The notes below the pieces were generated by a model that was given only the letters and a program-made list of their open reading frames with translations, was not told where the DNA came from and made no database searches. Below, in pieces: positions 35,303 to 45,086 of a stretch of 45,086 nucleotides of DNA (position 1 is the first letter of the stretch; the number at the start of each line of letters is the position of its first letter). Position numbers and translations under genes: made by a program. This stretch comes from Octopus sinensis (taxonomy: Eukaryota), in the NCBI RefSeq assembly GCF_006345805.1, contig NW_021834834.1:1-45086 (forward strand). The letters run 5' to 3'.

Positions 35303-35849
35303 CACACACACACATATGTGTGTTGTGTATGTGCGTGCATTCATTCAAACAATTACTAAAATATGTAGCTGCACAAAGTGGGAAATTCCGTTTGTATAAT
35401 TGTTCCGAGTATAAATTATTTGATAAACAAACCACATGACAAACAGTAGAAAAGTAGACATTTAATATAAATTTTAATACAGAATAAGCAGGATAAGAAG
35501 AAAAAGGCGTAGCAGAGAGTCGCTGAGGAGATCACAGTATGTGAGACGAAAGAATTTATACTAATAGTAATAATAATAATAATGATAATAATAATAATAA
35601 TGATAATAATAATAATATATAACAATAATAATAGTCGTTCCTACTATAGCACAAAGCCTGACATATTCTTGGATGGGGGGAGTTAGTCGATTACATAGCC
35701 TCTAGTACTCAACTGGTATTTAATTTATAGACTCGAAATGTTGAAATGTGAAGTTGACCTCGGGGGATTTGAACTCAGAAACTAATGATGGATGAAATAC
35801 TACCAAGCATTTTGCCCGGCGTGCTAACGATTCTGCCAGCTAAACCTCA

Positions 35850-35894
<45 letters not shown>

Positions 35895-36264
35895 TATCCT
35901 GTCTACTGGAAGCACAAGGACTAGTCCATTACATCGATCACAGTGTGTAACTGGTACTTAATTTATCGTCTCCGAAAGGATGAAGGGCAAAGTCGATCTA
36001 AGCGGAATTTGAACTCAGAATGTAGTGAGAGACGAAATACTTATCTCTTTACTACCCACAAGGGGCTAAACACAGAGAGGACAAACAAGGACAGACACGC
36101 TGATTAAGTCGATTATATCGCCTCCAGTGCGTAACTGGTACTTATTTAATCGACTACAATGGGATGAAAGGCAATATCGACCTCGGTGGAATTTGGACTC
36201 GGTGGAATTTGAACTCAGAACGTAACCGCAGACGAAATACTTCTAAGCGTTTCCCCCGGCGTAC

Positions 36265-36295
<31 letters not shown>

Positions 36296-39200
36296 AAAGT
36301 GAATATCAAATATATATTACGCGCGTTTCATTGGCAACAGACGACCATCTCCAAATAGAAGAATTTCTGTTTTAACACCCAATTTCAAAAATGCATGAAT
36401 GTAATAATATTAAATATTAAGTAGAAATATTCCGCCGAGGTTGTCTTTCCCTTTTTTCCTTTCGGGGTCGATGAAATCAATATCAGTTATGTACTGGGGT
36501 CGATGTAATCAACTTACTGTCTCCCCCGAAATTGCTGGTGTTGTGCCAAAATTTGAAATCAATGTGTAGGAGAAATAAAACAAAACACAGCATCACTCAC
36601 TAATGGACACCATGTTAGTGGTTTTAACAAATTATAAAGTGAACGGCTTAGAGAGTGTTTCATCTTTATGCGTGTTTCCTTGGATTGAATCTGTGTAGGT
36701 GGGCATGTTTAGGCGCGGCTGTGTGGTAAGACGCTTGCTTCCAGATCTGGTTTCGGGTTCAGTTCCACTGCGTGGCACACTGCGCACATGTGTTATACCG
36801 TAGCCATTGGACTCTCAAAATCCTCAGGAGTGGATTTGGTAGATGGAAACGGAAAGAAGCCCGTCGTGACTATTCTTTTACTTGTTTCAGTCATTTGACT
36901 GCGGTCATGTTGGAGCTCCGCCTTTAGTCGAACAAATCGACCCTAAGACTTAATCTTTGTAAGCCTATTACTTTTTCTATCAGTTTCCTTTCCAGAACCG
37001 CTAGGTTACAGGGACGTAAGCACACCAACATCGGTTGTCAAGGGATGGTGGAGGGACAAATATAGACACACAAATACACACACATAGGACGGGCTTATTT
37101 GTGTTTCCATCTATGAAATCCACTGAAAAGGCTTTGGTCGGTCCTAGGCTATAGTAGAAGACACTCAGCCAAGGTGTCTGGCAATGGGACTGAACCCGGA
37201 ACCATGTGTTTCTTACTCTACGGACACTCCTATGCCTATATATGTCTGTCTGTATGTATCAGTGTGTGCGTGTGTCTCTGTGTACGTGTTTGTCCCACCG
37301 CTTGACGGCCTGTGTTGGTGTGTTTACGTTCCGTTAACTTAGCGGTTCACCAATATACTCCAATAAAATAAGTACAAGGCTTAAAACATTAAGTACTGAG
37401 GTCAATTAGTTCGACTCAAAACTTCTCAAACCAGTGGCATCTCTATATATGCACATAATCCTTTCCAAGCCATTTTCGTTAAAGGAATTGTTCGTTACCC
37501 GAGTAATTGAAATACATACAAATAGAAGAAATGTGTTCCATGCCCTCCCCAAACCACATAAAAGTATATATTATACCTTAGCGTTGATACAAAAGAAAAT
37601 CATGTAAAAGGCCGTATGTAGTGTGACTGCTCAGTTTGGTTTACAACTAAAACACCGGCTGAAACAGAAAAATGTGGTGGAGAAATTGCGTATCAAAGGT
37701 GATATAAAGTGGTTGATCATTGAGCGGAGGGACATAAATTATAACAGATAATGATCAAGCAAAATATTTAGCGTTATTCAAGAACATTCATTTTATAATT
37801 TATAATATAAGTGTGGGTGCAGGAGTAGCTGTTTAGTAAGTAGAGTGCTTACTAACCACATGGTTCGGGGTTCAGTCCCATTGCGTGGCGTCTTGGTAAA
37901 TGCGTTCTACTATAACCTCGAGCCGACCAAAGCCTTGTTAGTGGATCTGGAAGACGGAAACTGAAAGAAGCCCATCATGTGGATGTGTGTGTGAGTTTGT
38001 GTGTCTGTGTTTGTCCTCGACCATCGCTTGACAACCCATGTTGGTGAGTTTACGTCCCCGTAATTTAGTGGTTCAGCAAAGAAGACTCATAGAATAAGTA
38101 CAAGGCTTACAAATAATAAGTTCGATTAAAAAGGTGGTGCTACAGCATGGCCGCAGTGAAATGGCTGAAACAAATAAAAGAACTGTGCAGAGTGGTTACA
38201 AATATGCACAAAGTCTCTTAGAGCTGTTTCTAGAATAGCTAAGCATGTTATTGAGTAAAGAATTCCATCTGAGCAAATCATTCCGTTATTGGAGAAAGAA
38301 GAAGAAAATGCAGAAATGCATAATATCCTTTATCGAGGATATTATTCGTTACCAGTCTTTTGGGAAACCATGGAATTCTCAGATAAATGTGTCTGGTATT
38401 TTCGTGATCGAAGAGTTAGTAAAGTTTCTATGAAAGTCCCTGGCAAAGGATAATGGAAGTTATCAGTTGCATCTTTGAATAGAAAGTGAATCAGATTTGG
38501 AAGGCCTTGGAAGAGTCTATTATTTGGCGAATGAGAAACATATGAGAGTATATAGAGATTAGTCTATATAGTGAGGGTGTGTTTGACTTGGGGGTCAAGG
38601 GGATAAATGTATACGCACACATGCATACGGACAGAGACATACATATATACACACGCACTAACATATGCACACACAGACGCACACACACATACATGCAGTG
38701 GCATATTTCCATTGATATACACGCAGTCAGATACACACAATTACGCGGCCATACATACACATGCATACGTATGAGTTTAGAGATGGACAGATAAATGTCT
38801 GTTTGCACACACAGACACACACACATACAAATTCTCGCATAGTCATCGTATATAAGTATAGAGAGTTAAATTAAATTAGGTCAGTAGAGGAGAGAGAGGA
38901 GAGGATTGTTTAGTAATTAAGGATGAGAAAAAGCAGATGCAACAACGCCAGTCACCTCATTGTATATTTGTCTACCAATGTGGGCCAGAGTGATTAAATC
39001 GCCAAACTGGAAATACCCAGGACTGGATAGGGTACTAGGATATTGGCTGAAAATTTCCCCATCACTACACAGAAGAATAGCCAAGCAAATATATAAATTA
39101 TCAACAACGGAGTACAAATCCCAAAGAGGCTGACCACAAGTAAAACAATTCTTTGCCAAAAGAATCCCAACTAAGCAATACAGTGGATAATTGCCGGCCT

Positions 39201-42200
39201 ATCACCTGTCTGCCCCTCATGTGGAAGTTGTTGAAAGGAATAAAATCTAATTAGGTGTATAATTTCCAGGAAATAAATTACAAAGAGCCAGTGGAACAGA
39301 AAGGATACAGAAAGAGACAGTTACAGACTATATGGTTTCAGAAGGAAAATGAAACGGGAGACACAGTTTGTAAGCAACTGCACACGGTCAGGCATTCATA
39401 ACTAACTAGATAAAAGCCTAAATAGACATGATGCAACACTCACGGATAAGTAAATGTTTGAGTATATTCAGTATTGCAGACAATACCAGAGACTTAATTA
39501 GTTACAGCAATAGTGCAAAGAATCGGAAACAGGTGACACTGCCTTAGGAAATGTTAATATCGGGCGAAGAATTCTCCAGGGAGACACGTTATCCCCATTA
39601 ATATATGTGTTATGCTTAACTGTCGTCAGTTTAGTACTAAGAAAGGCAAAAGCAGGGTATCAGTTTAGAGATGATAAAGGGAATATTAATCATTTGCTCA
39701 AGATGGACGATTAGAAGCCTTTTGGTTCCTTAATACGAATTAGAAGACTCTGCAGCAAAGATATAGGCATGGAATTTGGCATAGATATGTGCGCAACATC
39801 AGTCATAAAAAGGGACAGGTAGTCAGCAGTGAAGGCCAGATAGCAAGAGAGTAAAATCACTGAAGGAAGAGAATCATAAGTGCTTCGGAGTATTAGAATC
39901 TGACAGTGTACTAACAATAGAAATAAAAACAAAAATAGATAAGGAGTACATCGGAAGGGCGAAGAAGCTAATGAAGGGAAAGCTAAGTGTTCTAAATCTA
40001 GTAAAGGTTGTAAAAACTTTGGGAAGTATGGGAACTTCGGTTTCCAGCAGAATTAGTTGATTTGAAAAAATCTGAATTACCAAATCTAGACAGAAGAACA
40101 AGGAAGGAATTCAATATGAATGGAGGACTTCAGCCTCGATTAGGAAGAGCAACATTGCACTTACTTAGAATAACGAAAGTGGAAGAGGTTTAATATAACC
40201 AGAAGGTAGCGTAGAGTTAGCCAGAGTTGATATATATAATAGTGAAGAAAATCTATGATTTGCAAGAGTTATAGTAGCAGATAGGAAAGGAAAAAGCCAT
40301 ATGAAATTAAAACCAGATAAAAAGTAGGAAGATAATCTAACTGACAAGAGAATGTATGGCATTGTCGATTGGCAAAGATAGTTGCAGGAAATAGTAATAG
40401 TGAGACATGGTTATGGTTGCTGAAAGGAATCTGAAAAGGGAGACAGAGTTTCTAAGCAACATCTTGATAGTAAGGGCGGACTTATATTTCGGAGAGATCT
40501 ATGAAAATTAACATCCACATCATCTGATGTCATACAATAATTATTGTAGATGTAGGTTTCAGGACTAATGAATGCCTATTACTGGATCATTTGCGCTATC
40601 AGCCCTGTCGTAAGCATGTGAGACAATGATATTCCATTGTCTCACACCCTACCGTCTTAACCACGGAAAGAGCACAACACACTTTGCGATGTAAGGAAAT
40701 CGACGGGATGATCATAACCGAAACGCCTATGATCATATTCTTGTCATCAGTGAACAACAAGCATTCTTTACAAGCAACTGAAATATATTCTGGAAACGAG
40801 GAAAATCCGTCGGGTTGCATTTTAGTAACTCGAGAGATGAGGTCGTATCTTTGAGCAGATATGGCCATCCCAATAATCGATAAAACAATGGCGTTTGTTT
40901 TAGAAAAGCGTCAAGTAGATAAGAATGGGTGTTGCCAGGACATAAAAATAAAATTTTGGTAATATAATAGAAGTCGAGGACACATGAAACCGTGGTTAAG
41001 GGTGCTACAAACGATAACAAGCTCGTGATTTCAAATACAGGACCGAGAGATGTATGGCGCGCAAGACACTTCATCTCATGTTACACAGCGACCATTTCAA
41101 CACTTGACGTGTAGGAATGGTGAGTAGCTGGAAATAGTTTTATTTTCCGGATATTAAAGAATTTCAGCCAATCACATATATCAAGGGAAAATACTGCCAC
41201 TCTCGTTTAAAAAAGAGGAGAATTATTACAACAGGGTATTTCATTCAGTATGCTTATCAGATAGCACTTGGAACGTTGGACAAAAATAGAATATTTAGAT
41301 AAGTGGATAAAATTGATTTAATTTCTGTTAAAAATTCAAACTGAAGTAATATTTGGAGCCGGCGTTATAAAGGTAAATAATTTTCTTACTTTTCTTTTAA
41401 GATTTTACATTTATATATACACACACATATATATGATTTATTTTTTCCCTCTCTCTCTATCTTTCTATAATATGAGACTTAATAAAATACGTTGTTCCTG
41501 ACGATCATTTTTCGTGAGCATTTGGTTCCAAGCAACCATAACATTGTTACATGCACGTAAGAAATATTAGTTAAACATTTGATTGTCCTGTTCATCCTGT
41601 TTATAGACGTCTACATAACACACATGCATAGGCGTGGCTATGTGGCAGAAGCTTGCTCCGCAACACATAGGTCCAGGTTTCGTTTCCCTGCTTGGCAACC
41701 TGGGAAAGTGTTTTCTACTATAACCTCGGGCCGAGCAAAGACTTGTGAGTGGGTTTAGTAGACGGACCCGAAGGAAATCCGTTATATATATATATATATA
41801 CATATGTGCGTGTGAGTGTGTCTGTGAGTGTATGTGTGGTGCGCGCCGCGCGCGTGGTGTGTGTGTGGAGAGCGTGTGTGTGTGTGTGTTTACCTGTGTG
41901 CGTGTGTGTCTGTGTGACTATGTTTGCTTCCCGTTCACAGCTTGAGGCACAGGTCTTTCACTCCCGCCTTAACATAGCTGTTCGGCAAAAGCGACCAATA
42001 AAATATGTACCAGGCTTACAAAAATTAGCCCATATTTAATTTCTTCGGCTCTTCGGCTTAAAGGCTTTTCAGGTGGTACTCCAGCAAGGCCGCAGTCAAA
42101 TGACTTAAACAAGTAAAAGACTTAAAGAAGAGAATACACTATTTATATGTGTGTGTAGATCTCTGAATGCGTATGAATATTTTTTATATATATATATACA

Positions 42201-42255
42201 AATATGTGTGATCGTGTGCGTGTGTGTGTATGTGCATGTGTGGTGTGCATGTTGT
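31355..42255. repeat. Segmental tandem array, unit 2 (~10.9 kb, no Dong B insertion)
   Basis: Colinear with units 1 and 3; offset to unit 3 is about 10.9 kb (33219 to 44113). Confidence 0.9.
38905..40455 (+). pseudogene. Paralog of the decayed Dong/R4 fragment (subfamily C) with additional deletions
   Basis: Colinear with 27790-29548. Confidence 0.75.
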
Positions 42256-42380
42256 GTGTTATGTTAAAACCCGAACACTTGTGCATGTACTCACACACAC
42301 AGATGCACATAACGCCCCACATATACATTAATATATATATACATTAATATAATAATATATATATATATATAATATATATA

Positions 42381-42418
<38 letters not shown>

Positions 42419-43401
42419 GCGAACGTACTCAGACAATCTAAAGTTTTTGTGTATATCGAATAATAATAATTGGTATGGCGGATGCTCAAGTGAACAACTT
42501 AGGGATTAGTACAGTCTTTAACCTCTAGTACCTGCATCTGCTGTGTGACTCCTGTGGCAAGTTACACAGGGTGAACTGGACGTCCCTAAACATTCGAGGC
42601 TATGTTTTACTTGAGATAACCCATGTACATGAAGGTTACAATATACTAAACACACATGCAGAGTAAACCACGTAGAATATCACTTTCATTCTTCTGCTAG
42701 TAGCAGAATAATTCAATCCTAGATGTCATTTAATAAATTGATGCTTCATCTTGATAGTAAGGTCGGACTTATATTTCGGAAAGATCTATAAAATTAACAT
42801 CCACATCATGTGATGTTTAGAATAATGATTGTCGTGTAGGTTTCAGACTAGTGAATGTCCATTACTTGAACATTTGCGCTATCAGCCCTATCGTAAGCAT
42901 TTGAGACAATGATATTCAATTGTCTCACACCCTACCGATTTAACCAAGGAAAGAACACAACACATATTGTGAAGTAAGTAAATCGACGGGACGTTCATGA
43001 CCGAAACGCCTCTGATCATAGCCTTGTCATCAGTGAACAACAAGCATAATTTACAACCAACTGAAATATATTCTGGGAAAGGAGGGAAATTCGTCGGGTT
43101 TGCATTTTAGTAACTAGAGAAATGAGATATCGCCATCCCAATAATCGATCAAAAACTTATATGAGGCCATAGAATATTCAGATAAGTGGAGAAAACTTAT
43201 TTAATTTCTGACGATAATTTGTCGGTGAGCATTTGGTTCCAAGCAACCATAACACCCCCCCCCCCTTAACATAGCGGATCGGCAAAAGTGACCAATAATA
43301 ACACATAGAAACATGTAGACACACACCCGCACATATATATACATATATACGACGGGCTTCTTTAAGTTTCTGTCTACCAATCACTCACAGGGCTTTACGC
43401 C

Positions 43402-43438
<37 letters not shown>

Positions 43439-45086
43439 CAAACGTACATATTTGCACACATTCACATTCACATACACACACAGGTACACTTACACACACA
43501 CACATACACGCACATATATTTGTTCGTGTTTGTGTATGTATTATATCCCGATGCATTTTTATATAACCAGACATGATTACATATAACACCGCGTAGCAAT
43601 TCTTTGTCCTGAAATCCTAGATTGCCGCTCATATAATGTTTACTCTGGCTTAGGTAGAATGCCAGTGGTTGTTGTTTTGTGGGGGAAGTGGTCAGTCGAC
43701 TAATTGGACTTCAGCTCCTCTGAGAAATGAATGCAAAGGGACTTCGGCGGGAAAGGAACTCAGAACGCGAATAGCCGACAGAAGCGCTGCAAAGCAATTT
43801 GTAAATTTGTGTACAGGCATTGTGTACAGGCATTGCCGACTATTTTGCTTGGATATTCTTGTTTAATATTATCTTTTTAATTTAACCTCTATACTTTTTA
43901 ACTGTACAACTTATTTTTTCATTCGAAAGTCCTGCGGGGATGGGAAGATGTCGAAGCATTCAGATCTGAGGTGGTGGAAGCATGTATTTAGTGGTCTACA
44001 CACAAGTGTCCTATGGGTTTGTTGGTTGCATGTGTGCTGAAGCAGTTAATTCATGGAAAATCCTGCTCACCTAGAGACCGGAGACAATGCTATATAACTA
44101 ATGGTTGTGAAGATGACGACTGGATGTCCTCTGACCATAGCTTTACTCAATCAGGAAACATTGGCTTGTGACGCAGATATGTTTACAATGTTTTCCATCA
44201 AACACCTGGAGATACTGCGAAATCTCTTCCAATCACACATTCTTATTTTAGACAATGGATAACATGGTTGCTAATGTTGAATAAAAATAATTAGTAGGGT
44301 ATAATTGGAATGCCTTTGTGCAAAATTACGATCAGTCAGGGCAAACAACAACGTCGACAGCAACACCCTAAGTAAAACACAAAAAAAACAAACAAAGATA
44401 TGTACCTAAAATTGGCCTCGGTCTCAGACTTTGTATCACCACATCAAACAACGCAATTTTCTGCGTCAGACTTTCTATCATTACATGATACAACGCCATA
44501 TCGTTAGCTGACAAGAGACATCTCTTAGGAGTAACGCTCAGATCATTTTGGGGTTCCATGAAAATTCAGTGGGTGTTGCTTCAGGAAAACGCCTAGTAGA
44601 TAAGAAGGATTCTGGGATGCTGTCCCACCTATGTCATATAACATGTTAAATAATATAATTGGTGTCCAAGGCGAATGACCACGCTGTTAACGGTGTTACA
44701 TTCGCGATAGCGAGATCGCGGTTTCAATTCCCGTAAAGGGAATTGTATTGCGTTCTTAAGCAAATCATCTCATCTTATATTACTTTGCGTCGTGTAGAAA
44801 TGGTGAATTTCTGGAAAATGGATTAATTTTCCGGATATTAAAGTACAGCGAATAACATACATCGACAGAAAATACTGACACTGCCGTTAAAAAAACACAT
44901 AACGGGTTATAAAAAATGTGCACTTCGGTCAGAATTCTTATCCGATACAAGCCGCAAAATGAGACAATAAACTTTCAGAGTAATAGAATATTCAGATAAG
45001 TGGATAAACCTTTTCTAATTTCTGTAAAAAATTAATACTGAGTCATATTTGAAACCGGCATTGTAATGTAAATCAATTTTTGCTAC
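42256..45086. repeat. Segmental tandem array, unit 3 (runs off the window)
   Basis: Matches 31355-34200 and 16925-19620. Confidence 0.9.

Overview
Eukaryotic, repeat-saturated, AT-rich DNA. The SINE types, microsatellite load and Dong/R4, CR1-like, Tx1-like and Penelope-like elements suggest a coleoid cephalopod (Octopus-like); this is an inference. I could not support any host protein-coding gene, and most ORFs in the track are microsatellite artefacts. The left third (1-13.1 kb) holds two Tx1/L1-type LINE 3' fragments, tRNA-derived SINEs, a diverged ~110-bp tandem array, two long near-perfect DNA palindromes (400 bp and ~730 bp), a 5'-truncated CR1-like LINE, and a Dong/R4 RLE-LINE sitting in (TAA)n. 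At 13.1-16.8 kb lies a Naiad-type Penelope-like element on the minus strand. It has an RT ORF with an in-frame internal deletion, no visible GIY-YIG endonuclease, ~235-bp inverted terminal repeats that each carry a minimal type I hammerhead ribozyme, and a third, different hammerhead inside. From ~16.9 kb to the end is a tandem segmental array with an ~11-kb unit (two full copies plus a partial third), itself built from older nested duplications. Unit 1 carries a near-intact Dong/R4 insertion at a (TAA)n site that is empty in unit 2. Coordinates of decayed elements are approximate, and all identities were judged by eye.
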